This document shows, piece by piece, positions 19,103 to 31,819 of a stretch of DNA of 64,000 nucleotides (the stretch's first letter is position 1; the number at the start of each line of letters is the position of its first letter). Position numbers and translations under genes: made by a program. Origin of the DNA: an uncultured Spirochaetota bacterium (GTDB lineage: Bacteria; Spirochaetota; Brevinematia; Brevinematales; JAOACQ01); NCBI GenBank assembly GCA_963768055.1, contig CAVYGN010000002.1:1728001-1792000 (forward strand). The letters are read 5' to 3'. Under the pieces are notes generated by a model, which saw nothing but the letters and a program-made list of their open reading frames with translations, searched no databases and was not told the DNA's origin.

Positions 19103-21259
19103 ATGGCTATTTCAAAAAGCAAATTCATTAGCAAATATCTTGATGAACTTAAAGAAAATATACAAACCGTCGAGAATGGAATCATCAACCTGAAGAAAAA
19201 TCCGGATGACAGTGAAGAAATCAACAGCGTCCTCAGGGCCCTGCATACGATCAAGGGTTCATCCAGGATGATGGATTTTCCCGAGATGGAAAAAATTTCA
19301 CATGCCCTTGAAAATATCTTAAAGGGATTGAGAGAAAAGCGTTTCAATATTTCGAATTACCTTGTACAGTGGATTTTTATTTCCGGAAGCGCAATGAAAA
19401 TTATAGGCGACCGGATAAGGGAAAAAGAAGAGGACTCCTTTCCTCTTACGGCCAAGTTTGTGGAAATGTGCGATAAAATTTGCGCAAATGAGCCCTATGA
19501 TATCGATTCCTTTAAAAATGAACTTGATTCACTGAAAATCCCTCTCGGGGATTCCGGTCTAAAAGAAAAGGAATATGAAGTCCGGAATTCTTCCTTATTG
19601 AAAGAAAGTTCGATAAGGATAGACGTCGGCCAAATAGATAATATCATCCAGCTCTCTAACACGCTTACCATAAAACAGCTACATATGAGAAAAAACTATG
19701 AAATGATAAATAAGATTGAAGACATGGCGCAGGAGATCGCCGGGAATTCTGTAAAAGGCAAAGAATTTCTCAAAGAAATCAAAAGAATTAAAATTGATTT
19801 CCAGGAATACTCCAGTGAAATTGAGAATAATATCATAGACCTTCAGGATAATATTGTCAATCTAAGGATGCTTCCAATTGAAATAATACTGGGTTCGATG
19901 CCAAAAATGGTGGAAGAGACGGCTATCATGCTTTCAAAAGAAATCGATTTTAAAATCGATAGAATGAATATAAAATTGGATAAAGTCATTCTTGAAAAAA
20001 TAAACGACCCGATCATACACCTGTTAAGAAATTCCATCGATCATGGGATAGAAACGCCTGATGAAAGGGAAAGAAAGGGTAAATCGAGGACGGGTAGGAT
20101 CGAAATAAGCTGCCAGGCCGAGGGAGGCCATATAATCATACAAATCAGGGATGATGGAAGGGGATTCGATTATGACAAAATAAGAATGAAGGCGATCGAG
20201 AACTTTCCTATGAGGGAAGAGGAAATTAAAAAAAGTAAAGACGCTGATTTAATACCTTTTATATTCATGCCGAATTTTTCAACGAAGGATAAGGTTACCG
20301 ATTTATCCGGAAGAGGCATAGGGCTGGATATCGTCAAAATGAATATTGAAAAAGTAAAGGGTAAGATACTTCTCGACAGTGAAAAGGATAAGGGCACCTG
20401 TTTTACACTTGTGCTTCCCCATTCCCTCGCTACAATAGACGGCCTTGTCGTTTTATCCGCCGGGAAAAATTTTATGATACCATCGAACTTTATTAAAGAA
20501 ACTTTTCTTATAAATCCGGAAGAATTAGTAACCATTCATAATAAGGAAATGTATAAACTAAGGGACGCCCTTATTCCAATCTACGAGCTGTCGTCTCTAC
20601 TTCAGCTTCCCATGGAAGAGGAAGAATCTAGCGATTTCGTAGTAGTAATAGGAAGTCTCAGGGACACTATCGGGTTGAAAGTAAATTTAATTACAGGATA
20701 TTATGATTCCCTGGTTTCGAAACCCCTGCCTAAAAACCTTCAGAAATTGAAATATATCCAGGGAATAGTTTTCGATGATAATTACAACATGATATCAATT
20801 CTGTATATAACCGCGTTAATTGAGAAATTTAAACAACTGAAGGATATCGATATAAAAAAAAGGGTCATTGAAAGAAAACATGATATCAAGACTATCATGG
20901 TGCTTGACGATTCTATCAACACCCTTGAAATAGAGAGGTCCATTCTTGAACTGGAAGATTATAAAGTGATAACAGCATTCGATGGGATCGACGGACTTGA
21001 TAAAATAAGGCAGCAGAAAGTGGATCTTATCATATCTGATATAAATATGCCTCGAATGGACGGCTTTACTTTTATTGAAAATATCAAAAAGGACAAAAAT
21101 TACAGAAATATTCCGGTAATAATAATTTCAACCTTTAATAACAACGAATATAAGCAAAAGAGTTCGGCCCTTGGCGTCGATGAATATATCATAAAATCGA
21201 GCTTTAACCAGAACAATCTTATTGGTGCCGTCCAGAAATTAATCGGCAAAGCGAGGTAA
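19103..21259 (+). CDS. cheA: Hybrid CheA kinase with C-terminal REC (WspE/FrzE-like)
   Basis: Hpt LHTIKGSS, HLLRNSIDHGIE, DDGRG, SGRGIGLDIV, CheW domain, terminal REC (VLDDS, ISDINMP). Confidence 0.93.
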   Translation: MAISKSKFISKYLDELKENIQTVENGIINLKKNPDDSEEINSVLRALHTIKGSSRMMDFPEMEKISHALENILKGLREKRFNISNYLVQWIFISGSAMKIIGDRIREKEEDSFPLTAKFVEMCDKICANEPYDIDSFKNELDSLKIPLGDSGLKEKEYEVRNSSLLKESSIRIDVGQIDNIIQLSNTLTIKQLHMRKNYEMINKIEDMAQEIAGNSVKGKEFLKEIKRIKIDFQEYSSEIENNIIDLQDNIVNLRMLPIEIILGSMPKMVEETAIMLSKEIDFKIDRMNIKLDKVILEKINDPIIHLLRNSIDHGIETPDERERKGKSRTGRIEISCQAEGGHIIIQIRDDGRGFDYDKIRMKAIENFPMREEEIKKSKDADLIPFIFMPNFSTKDKVTDLSGRGIGLDIVKMNIEKVKGKILLDSEKDKGTCFTLVLPHSLATIDGLVVLSAGKNFMIPSNFIKETFLINPEELVTIHNKEMYKLRDALIPIYELSSLLQLPMEEEESSDFVVVIGSLRDTIGLKVNLITGYYDSLVSKPLPKNLQKLKYIQGIVFDDNYNMISILYITALIEKFKQLKDIDIKKRVIERKHDIKTIMVLDDSINTLEIERSILELEDYKVITAFDGIDGLDKIRQQKVDLIISDINMPRMDGFTFIENIKKDKNYRNIPVIIISTFNNNEYKQKSSALGVDEYIIKSSFNQNNLIGAVQKLIGKAR

Positions 21260-21263
21260 TTCT

Positions 21264-23120
21264 TTGATGGATAAAAAAATTCTGTTAATCGACGATTCGG
21301 ATCTTGTTGCCGGCATAGTAACCGAAGCCCTTATTGGCGCAGGATTTACAGTTATCAGGGCTGGGAACGGAGTGGAGGGTATTATAAAAGCGTATAATGA
21401 GATTCCAGATTTGATCATAACCGATGTTGAGATGCCTCTCCTGAAGGGTTATCAGTCGAGCCGCCTGTTGAAAAGCAAGAGAGGCGTGAAGGATATCCCT
21501 ATCATTATGCATACGTCCCTCTCCGAGGACAAGGATCAGTTCTGGGGCATTTTAGCAGGGGCTGACGATTACGTTGTCAAGGATTTTGATGATCTTGACA
21601 ATTTAATAGCGAAATCGCGAAAGCTTTGCGAACACCCTCCATACAGGACAGAATTGATAATGGAAGATGCGCCGAAAATAAATCTGAACACCATATTCGA
21701 GATGCTCTCCAACCATCTGGATAATCAGCTTTTCCAGGCCAGTATCCTGAACCGGCTTGCGGATATAGGCAGGAATATTGAATCTGTCTCCGAAACAGTT
21801 CATAAGACGATGGAGCTTTTGAACAAGGTCTGCGAACACCACATAATTGTTATTATCCTTATGAAAGAAGGATCGTTTAAACCTTATATCATGCCTTCGA
21901 GAGAACTTTTTGAAAACGATGTTGAAGATTTTTACAAGATATGCCTTGGAGATATTTATAATATTTTTGATAAAATGAAGTTAAATGAAGAAAAAAAGAC
22001 AATTTTCGATATAGCGGACAGGAATGATTACAACAAGATACGCATGGATCAGAATAAAATAAGCTCATATAGCTGCCTTGAAATAACCGGAAAAGGTAAA
22101 ACAAAGATCGGAACCCTTCATATCGGCCATTTTAAAAATAATTATTTTTCCGAAACCATACTTTCAAACCTGTCGGTTTTTGTCAACGGAGCAGGCATTA
22201 TCCTTGAAAATGCATTATTATTCCAGAGGATATCGTACATGGAAAAGAACATAAGGAGCGTTTTCTCGAAATTCGTACCTGGAGATATTATTGACGACTT
22301 GGTTAATAGAAAATCGACCTCGGCCATGCTGATGGGCGAAAAAAGGGACGTTGCTGTTTTATTTTCCGATATCCGTTCCTTTACGACAATTTCCGAAAAT
22401 AATAAACCCGAAGATGTGGTAGCTTTTTTAAACATCTACCTGGAAATCATGTGCGGTATTATCATAAAGAACGGCGGCACTATCGATAAGTTTATAGGCG
22501 ACGCGATACTGGCGGTTTTCGGCGCGCCAAAAAGTTATGAAGATAATTATTACAGGGCTGTAAAATCGGCGTCAGAAATGATCCAGGCGATCAAAAAAAT
22601 TTCCCTTCCAAAAATAAAGCTTCCCGGGGAAGGTTTCAGAATCGGCATCGGAATACATGGAGGAGATGCGATTGTAGGAAATATCGGATCAAGGGACAAA
22701 TTCGACTATACGGTAATAGGAGATACTGTAAATCTCGCTTCCAGGCTTGAAGGATTAACGAAGTATTATAAGCAGGAGATAATCGTATCCGACGCCATCA
22801 GGGAAAAAATAAAGGACCTTGTATTTACAAGGGAAGTAGATACAGTGAAAGTAAAGGGAAAAGATGTTCCGACTGTTATTTACGCGGTTATAACGAAGGA
22901 AAACTCCGGCATAAATGAAGACAATCTCAAGGATTATTATAAGGGCCTGTCTATGTATAAAATCAGGAACTGGAAAACCGCAATCGATTATTTCAAAGAA
23001 ACCCGGGTAAAAATTCCCGGCGATTATGTGTCGGACATCTATATCAAAAGATGCGAAGAGTTTATCAAAAACCCTCCCGAAGACAACTGGGACGGAGTGG
23101 AAAGACGGGAGTTTAAATAA
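21264..23120 (+). CDS. REC-GAF-like class III adenylate cyclase with TPR-like tail
   Basis: REC (IDDS, TDVEMP); catalytic VLFSDIRSFT, IDKFIGDA, DYTVIGDTVNLASRLEG, VKGK. Confidence 0.92.
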   Translation: MMDKKILLIDDSDLVAGIVTEALIGAGFTVIRAGNGVEGIIKAYNEIPDLIITDVEMPLLKGYQSSRLLKSKRGVKDIPIIMHTSLSEDKDQFWGILAGADDYVVKDFDDLDNLIAKSRKLCEHPPYRTELIMEDAPKINLNTIFEMLSNHLDNQLFQASILNRLADIGRNIESVSETVHKTMELLNKVCEHHIIVIILMKEGSFKPYIMPSRELFENDVEDFYKICLGDIYNIFDKMKLNEEKKTIFDIADRNDYNKIRMDQNKISSYSCLEITGKGKTKIGTLHIGHFKNNYFSETILSNLSVFVNGAGIILENALLFQRISYMEKNIRSVFSKFVPGDIIDDLVNRKSTSAMLMGEKRDVAVLFSDIRSFTTISENNKPEDVVAFLNIYLEIMCGIIIKNGGTIDKFIGDAILAVFGAPKSYEDNYYRAVKSASEMIQAIKKISLPKIKLPGEGFRIGIGIHGGDAIVGNIGSRDKFDYTVIGDTVNLASRLEGLTKYYKQEIIVSDAIREKIKDLVFTREVDTVKVKGKDVPTVIYAVITKENSGINEDNLKDYYKGLSMYKIRNWKTAIDYFKETRVKIPGDYVSDIYIKRCEEFIKNPPEDNWDGVERREFK

Positions 23121-23166
23121 TGCCGCATGACGGTAAAGGCAACGAAATTTGGCGATTCCCTTCGTA

Positions 23167-23736
23167 TTATTTCTGCTTATATACGACCAGTTCGGCGGTA
23201 CCGTCCGGATGGACTACAAGCGTATCCGCGCCCTGTATTACGTCTTTATAATCCACCTCGGACAAATCCTCACCCGGTTTGGTATTATCATATTTGTAAT
23301 AAGTGCAGCCTTCAAGTTCCCCGCTGTCAAGTTTTTTAGCGTTAGGCGCATCCATAACAACCCTGGCCTGCCACACCCCTATTGAAACATTATGCTGCAG
23401 GAAATAAACCGTATTAGCTTTAAAATGCACTTTTACGGCTTCTCCGTTTTCGGCCCATGAAATCACGTACTTCGTGCCCGGTTCAATATCTGTTTTCGCG
23501 AAATAACTTTTTCCTTTTGTCACCCCGATCAGTTTCCTGTCAAGATAAGTTTTGAATTCAACTAAAGATCCGAAAGAGGTTGTCCTTGTAATAACGAGAG
23601 CCGCCTTTCCGGGCTTAGGCATAATACTGGATGCTCTGGGCGACTTATCCATCTTGATCATGTATGAAGGACCGCCGCAAGAAAAAAAAGCCGGCACCGA
23701 AAATAATAATACAGGCAAAATTAAAATCCTGTTCAT
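23167..23736 (-). CDS. Lipoprotein, DUF2846-like
   Basis: Hydrophobic leader ending FFSC; YLDRKLIGVTKGKSYF pattern. Confidence 0.7.
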   Translation of the reverse strand: MNRILILPVLLFSVPAFFSCGGPSYMIKMDKSPRASSIMPKPGKAALVITRTTSFGSLVEFKTYLDRKLIGVTKGKSYFAKTDIEPGTKYVISWAENGEAVKVHFKANTVYFLQHNVSIGVWQARVVMDAPNAKKLDSGELEGCTYYKYDNTKPGEDLSEVDYKDVIQGADTLVVHPDGTAELVVYKQK

Positions 23737-24052
23737 AACATCCCCCTTAAAAAATTAATGACAGATAATTTTAAACTTTGCATTATATTATGCAAGTTTT
23801 TAATATTTATTCGTTTATCTCAGAAGACGAGATTGTGAAGAGAGATACAATGAATTGATAAAATCGTACGATCTGAATATTACATTACAGGAAAGGCTGA
23901 GCGAGCCCGATCCGGACAACCTGCTTTCCAGATAACTGCCGGAAAGCAGGGGGGGCGGATCAGTGCATTCGGGCGACTTAATAAACCATAATTTGCCTTT
24001 AGAAAAAAAGGTAATTAGATTTAATTTCATTGTTAAAAGGAGGGACGTCTTT

Positions 24053-24961
24053 ATGAACGGAATAAGAAGGGTTGCCAGGATCATGAAAAGGAAACCAACG
24101 ATAGAGGGAGCAGGAGTCTATCTAAACAGAGTTTTCGGTTATTATGAGACTTCGCTGGTAGATCCGTTTCTTCTCCTCGATGATTTCAGGTCGAATGATC
24201 CGAATGATTTCCTGGCGGGTTTCCCATGGCATCCGCACCGGGGCATCGAAACAATAACGTACATGCTCCAAGGCAGCGTGGAGCATGGCGACAGCCTGGA
24301 CAACAGGGGCGTTATAAGCCCGGGCGATGTCCAGTGGATGACTGCTGGCAGCGGGATAATCCACCAGGAAATGCCCAAGGGAGACAAGGACGGATTCATG
24401 GGCGGTTTCCAGCTCTGGGCTAATCTTCCGGCGGGGAAGAAAATGACCGATCCGAAATACCGTGACGTTAAGGCCGGGATGATCCCGGCCGTGAAAACAG
24501 GCCAGGGCGCCCTTATAAGGGTGATATGCGGATCTGTTGACAACGTAAGCGGTCCGGTAACCGACATATCGATAGAACCGGAATATCTCGATGTCACCGT
24601 CCCTGCGGATACGGTTTTCAAACATGGCACGAGGGATAATCATACTGTTATTGCCTATGTCATCGAAGGAAACGCCTGTTTCGACGACAGGTACCAGGAA
24701 GAACATAAGATCGACAGTCCGAGATACTTCGATTTCGAGAAAAAGAACAGGGTGGACAACGGGCACCTGGTAGTATTCGACAAGGGCGATGAGATAAATA
24801 TCAAAACATATGATAACCCTGTAAGGTTCCTGCTCATTTCGGGAAAGCCTCTCAAAGAGCCGATCGCCTGGTATGGCCCGATCGTGATGAATACTGAGGA
24901 GGAACTTAATTTAGCTTTTGATGAATACAGGAAAGGCACGTTCATAAAAAAACGGAGTTGA
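24053..24961 (+). CDS. Pirin-family cupin protein
   Basis: DPFLLLD, GFPWHPHRGIETITY, QWMTAGSGIIHQE, QLWANLP, GPIVMNT; RBS AGGAGG before ATG 24053. Confidence 0.95.
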   Translation: MNGIRRVARIMKRKPTIEGAGVYLNRVFGYYETSLVDPFLLLDDFRSNDPNDFLAGFPWHPHRGIETITYMLQGSVEHGDSLDNRGVISPGDVQWMTAGSGIIHQEMPKGDKDGFMGGFQLWANLPAGKKMTDPKYRDVKAGMIPAVKTGQGALIRVICGSVDNVSGPVTDISIEPEYLDVTVPADTVFKHGTRDNHTVIAYVIEGNACFDDRYQEEHKIDSPRYFDFEKKNRVDNGHLVVFDKGDEINIKTYDNPVRFLLISGKPLKEPIAWYGPIVMNTEEELNLAFDEYRKGTFIKKRS

Positions 24962-25086
24962 AAATCCTTAAGGTATTTTAAAAAATATTTGTGAAATGCT
25001 AAGGAATCACCGAAACGGCCCGAAACAATATCATCGTTAATCTAATATCATATGAGACAAGGTTCGAATCCATCGATTGATGCATA

Positions 25087-26607
25087 TCAATTATTTGTCC
25101 CGCTCTGCTGTTTTTTCAGCTCATCGAGGGATTTTTTATAAAAATCCTCCACAGCCCAATTCGCCTGGTAATCCGGGTAATCGGTAAGAAAGGCCTCGCA
25201 TTTCTCTTCAAGGGATTTATAATCCTTTAATTGATTTAAAGCTAAAAGCTCTTCATAAAGGATATTCGGAAGGAATTTGTCTCTTATGAATTCAACGCGT
25301 GATTTCTCCGATATCCGGATGATCTCCTTTAGAATGACAGAATTTTTCTCTTCTATGGATCTTTCATCCTGTTCCTTATTCCGGTCTATTAAATTTTCTT
25401 CCTGATCCAGGATTTTCTCCTCTTCCTCATGCTTTTTCTGCAGTTCATCCCCTTCTTTTCTCAATTGATCTATCTGTATATTTCTCCATTCCCCCAGTTC
25501 AACCTTTTTTTTCTTCTTCAAATCGTTATCAGCCGCCGTATCAATCTCATCCGCTTTTTCTCTGTATTCCTTTTCAAAAGCCCTTTCTTTTTCCTTCTGT
25601 TTATTGTTTTCTTCGTGTTGCCGTTTTTCAATACCGTCTTTCTTTTTATTAAAGTCACTTTCCGTCTCATCCCATTTTTCGGAAATAAAGGTTTCTTTTT
25701 TATCAGAAATCTCCATTAGCGTGTTCTGTATTTCCAGAGTGCAGAGGGATGGCGTTGAATAACTGATGTAGATTTCATTCTCCCTGTTGAAAGCATCCCT
25801 CTCCTCCGGCGTCATTTTTGCCCAGCTGTCGTTCGTTATCATTTCCAGGTAATTTTTGTAGGATTTGATATCGAGGGCCTTTTTTAATTTGGCCAGCTTT
25901 TCGTAAAGCTGGTTTACTTCCCTCTGGTATCGGCGCATTTTAAAATCCTTGAGGAATTCATAGGCCTTTTCCAATCCCTTCTGAGGCCGGTCATAAAGAG
26001 GGTCGATTTTAGCCGACTGGTTAAAATTCGAGAGCGCGTTCTGGAAATCGCCCTCGTCGAGGAAATCTACGCCCTCGTAATAATATTTCATCGCATCAAG
26101 CGGAGCGCTCCCGGTTTGCGTCTGCAGAGGTGCGGCAAGGACAAGTTGAGAAAAGATGTTTGTCGCCAGGTCTTCCGTGATTTCCAGAATGGATGTGATT
26201 TTACCCGAATTCTTTATTCCCGTTATCCTTCCGGTCTGCGTGTCAATGATTTTCGCATCTATCCTGACCGTATCGTTTTGAATGATGAAACTCCCTGTTA
26301 TAAGGTTGTCTGCATTCAAGAGTTCCCCTACTTTAATGGCGTTCTTATCATTAACCAGCCCGGCCAGGGCAAGCTTCTGCTCGGATAGCACTTTGTTAAG
26401 CTGTTCCCTTTCCACAACGATCACGGAACCGGACTGAGCCACATCCGTCGTCAACATATCGGCAAGGCCTTTACAGAGCCATTTATAATCTTTATTATTT
26501 GCCGTGTTATCGAAATATAATACCGATATGACCTTCTTATCCCTGGAAAATGCGAAAAAAGGCAGGCTGCAAAGAAGAACGGTAATGATAAAATATTTTA
26601 TTTTCAC
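25087..26607 (-). CDS. Exported CsgG/HfaB-like domain protein with TPR and long coiled coil
   Basis: Signal peptide; SVLYFDN, VVEREQLNKVLSEQKL, VGELLNADNLITGSF, RIDAKIIDTQTG; TPR helices; K/E-rich region. Confidence 0.75.
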   Translation of the reverse strand: MKIKYFIITVLLCSLPFFAFSRDKKVISVLYFDNTANNKDYKWLCKGLADMLTTDVAQSGSVIVVEREQLNKVLSEQKLALAGLVNDKNAIKVGELLNADNLITGSFIIQNDTVRIDAKIIDTQTGRITGIKNSGKITSILEITEDLATNIFSQLVLAAPLQTQTGSAPLDAMKYYYEGVDFLDEGDFQNALSNFNQSAKIDPLYDRPQKGLEKAYEFLKDFKMRRYQREVNQLYEKLAKLKKALDIKSYKNYLEMITNDSWAKMTPEERDAFNRENEIYISYSTPSLCTLEIQNTLMEISDKKETFISEKWDETESDFNKKKDGIEKRQHEENNKQKEKERAFEKEYREKADEIDTAADNDLKKKKKVELGEWRNIQIDQLRKEGDELQKKHEEEEKILDQEENLIDRNKEQDERSIEEKNSVILKEIIRISEKSRVEFIRDKFLPNILYEELLALNQLKDYKSLEEKCEAFLTDYPDYQANWAVEDFYKKSLDELKKQQSGTNN

Positions 26608-26972
26608 AATGAAAACTCCTTATTCCGGGGCCCATTCGCAGACTATACGGCCGTGCATGATTATACTCCCATCTTCATCTCTTGTCATTTTTAGTAATTC
26701 AAATTTCAACCAAAACCAAAATTTTACTTATACAAGGATTGTATATAGGGCGGTTCTAAAAAATAACATTGTTATTAAAAAAAGATGTTCTTACAGTAAT
26801 AAAACCGCCCAATGGTGCCCTGGTGCCTGGCCCCAGGACAGGCCATTTGTCCCCGTAAGGGTTTATCCCCGTCAGGGGGGCAGTTATTAAAAGGACCCTA
26901 TATAAAATGTATAATCATATGGGGGCAATGGTATGAATACTAGCACGGTCCGGAAGCGATCGAAGTCCTATG

Positions 26973-29216
<2,244 letters not shown>

Positions 29217-29474
29217 TCACTTATATTCAGTGCGAAATATCTGTTCATCAGTATCTCATCTCTCTATAGAATATATTAGGCAATATGAAATAAGTCAATG
29301 CGCGCCAATAGTCGCATCTACCGGACTTTATCAGAACCTCCATGAAGGATAATATTGTAAATTATTACCCGGTAAACTCAATATTCGAATTTGATTAATA
29401 ACTGTTATTATTAAAAATATTGAATAATTTGCTTTATCATGGCATAATATACCCCTTTATTTTAAGGGGATTAT

Positions 29475-30155
29475 ATGAATATCTATATAAAAAGTATATT
29501 AACTGCTGCCGTTATATTGTCCTTGCTATATTTCGGCGGAATGTTATTCGGACGATGCTATGCCGATCTTAAAGAATATTCAAAGATTAAAAAGACTAAA
29601 GAAAAAATCGATTTTCTATATTCGGAAAACCGTATCCGATTGAATGAAAATCTTTGTTCGGATATTGCAAAATCGATAATTGAATCATCGGTTAAATATC
29701 ATATTGAAGAAAATCTGATCACTTCCATAATTAAATGTGAATCGGATTTTAACCCAAAAGCTACCTCCTATACTGTTAATTTGAAACAAATTATAAATTC
29801 GGACAGTGATAAAGTCAGGACTAATATTATTCCGCTTGCAATGGGTTTAATGCAGGTAAATTTCTCAAAGAATGCATGGGGAGACGTATTTACCAACACG
29901 AATAAATATTATGATGTTTGTTATAATATCAGCTGCGGGAGCTATATTTTTTCCTATCTTTTAAAAATGGAAGGGAATGATGTAGTTAAAGTTTTGGTAA
30001 AATACAACGGGGGTTATGAAATTCATACCGGCAATAATAAGACTATTTTTAATTCTTATTCATATTGTTATGCGAAAAATGTTTTAAAAATCAAATCTGA
30101 ACTGGATGAAATGGATTCAAGAACAATATATTTCCTTGGCTGTATTTCAATGTGA
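29475..30155 (+). CDS. Lytic transglycosylase, SLT domain
   Basis: N-terminal TM/signal; IIKCESDFNPKA, GLMQV, YNGG. Confidence 0.85.
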   Translation: MNIYIKSILTAAVILSLLYFGGMLFGRCYADLKEYSKIKKTKEKIDFLYSENRIRLNENLCSDIAKSIIESSVKYHIEENLITSIIKCESDFNPKATSYTVNLKQIINSDSDKVRTNIIPLAMGLMQVNFSKNAWGDVFTNTNKYYDVCYNISCGSYIFSYLLKMEGNDVVKVLVKYNGGYEIHTGNNKTIFNSYSYCYAKNVLKIKSELDEMDSRTIYFLGCISM

Positions 30156-30420
30156 TCTCCTTTATCTCTTTGACAAGGTGGTAATCCTTCCCCTCAAATT
30201 TACTCCAATGATGAATCGCCTTTGCCGGACACCACTCGTCACAGGCAAGGCACATCTCACAATGGTGCTGCCAAACAGGCTTATTTTCAATTATTTTTAT
30301 ATTTTGGACAGGACAAACCTTAGCGCAAGTCACACAACCATTACATTTTGCGTTAACAGGGCCATAACAGCCATAAGTGCATACTGCAAAAATGTTTTTT
30401 AACTAACGCTGTCAGGGCAT
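30091..30420 (-). pseudogene. Decayed EFR1-type flavodoxin-ferredoxin gene (2x4Fe-4S C-terminus retained)
   Basis: RBS GGAGG and ATG at 30420, immediately followed by in-frame TGA and TAG; then IFAVCTYG joined to CNGCVTCAKVCP...CEMCLACDEWCP. Confidence 0.65.
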
Positions 30421-30669
30421 TATTCCTCCCCCTCTTTTCATAAAAACCCGACAGTACACCCACCTATATTTTAATTATTACTCGATTCTGATTACCCGGA
30501 TACACCAACTCCAAAAAGTAGTCTGAGTCTATGCATTCTTCCGAGGATGGCTGCGCGATTGGCTCATTAAAAAAAAGCACGTAAAGAAAAAGCTCGTAAA
30601 TTGACATTGAACTTAGAATTCTTTAATCTTATTTTTATGAAAAAAATTATTATCGGTTAAGGGGGAGTT

Positions 30670-31071
30670 ATGGAAAACTATATTTATCATCTTGTATCAG
30701 AAGAAGAATTTAAGAATTTATTAAAAGATGGGTATTATTTACCTTTAAGATTTGAGAATGATGGTTTTATTCATTGTTCAAGTGAAAATAGTGTTATTTC
30801 GGTAGCCGAAGCTTATTATTCAAAAATTATGGACCTGATATTATTAAAATTAGATAAAAATAAAATTGAATCTGTGGTAAAGTATGAAGATCCTGCTCCT
30901 GTTGAAGGAACAGGAAATAAGCATATTCAGAACAGCGTTAAATTTCCGCATATATATGGGCCATTGAATCAATCGGCCATATGCGGTATTGGAAAAATGA
31001 TAAATTCCGATGGAAAATATAAATGGCCGAATGAATTTATAATGATTAATAAAACATATAATATCGATTAG
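30670..31071 (+). CDS. DUF952 family protein
   Basis: IYHLV, DGFIHCS, FPHIYGPLN. Confidence 0.9.
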   Translation: MENYIYHLVSEEEFKNLLKDGYYLPLRFENDGFIHCSSENSVISVAEAYYSKIMDLILLKLDKNKIESVVKYEDPAPVEGTGNKHIQNSVKFPHIYGPLNQSAICGIGKMINSDGKYKWPNEFIMINKTYNID

Positions 31072-31201
31072 AAAAATTGCTTTGCGAAATTGTAATTGAG
31101 ATATTCTAAGGAATTTTGGGAAGCCTGCCGCTTGCCCTCAAGGTGAAGATTTAAATGAACTGGATTTAAGTCTTGAAAAAATAAAGAAACTAAAAATCAA
31201 C

Positions 31202-31726
31202 ATGGTAAATCCCGGTTATGGAAATCCCAATAATATGATAAAACAATTGAATAAAGATAACTTAAATGAGGTAATGGCGATTATTAAAGAAGTCATTGTC
31301 CATATGAATCAGCAAGGTATCAACCAGTGGGATGAGTTTTATCCGGATATGGAAATCATTACCAGGGATTTAAAAGATAATTGTGCTTATGGATATTTTG
31401 ACAACGATGAATTATCAGGCTATGTCGCAATAAGCGAAGACTACTACCCGGGTTATGATGCCATTGAGTGGAAAATTAGGGGTAAATTTACAGTGATTCA
31501 CAGACTGTTCGTAAAGCCTGATAAACAGAGAAAGGGGATTGCAAAAAAGCTAATGGAGTTTGCCGAAAAACTTTCCCTTGAGAATGGATATAAATCGATC
31601 AGATTGGATGCATTCTCAAAAAATCCTGCGGCTTTGAAGTTTTATGATGATACCGGATATAAAAGAGTCGGATCCTTTGAAGCCAGAAAAAAAGGTTTAT
31701 TCTTTTGCTATGAAAAAGAACTATGA
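31202..31726 (+). CDS. GNAT-family N-acetyltransferase
   Basis: QWDEFYP, IHRLFVKPDKQRKGIA, IRLDAFSKNPAALKFY. Confidence 0.9.
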   Translation: MVNPGYGNPNNMIKQLNKDNLNEVMAIIKEVIVHMNQQGINQWDEFYPDMEIITRDLKDNCAYGYFDNDELSGYVAISEDYYPGYDAIEWKIRGKFTVIHRLFVKPDKQRKGIAKKLMEFAEKLSLENGYKSIRLDAFSKNPAALKFYDDTGYKRVGSFEARKKGLFFCYEKEL

Positions 31727-31819
31727 AGCCGCGCCAGTTCTTTTTACCTGCGATAAAAAACGCACAACTGCAAGATCACCCCGACACCCGGCCGAAAACC
31801 GTAAGATATAGGAGTTTAA

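Noticed and set aside
23920..23950. 10 bp hairpin CCTGCTTTCC / GGAAAGCAGG
   Set aside because: No U-tract and lies between divergent genes; no evidence for a terminator or known RNA.
24122..24766. 214 aa and 162 aa minus-strand ORFs
   Set aside because: Antisense shadows of the well-supported pirin gene.
25061..25071. GGTTCGAATCC, a tRNA T-loop-like motif
   Set aside because: Only 2 bp of T-stem; no acceptor, D or anticodon arms nearby.
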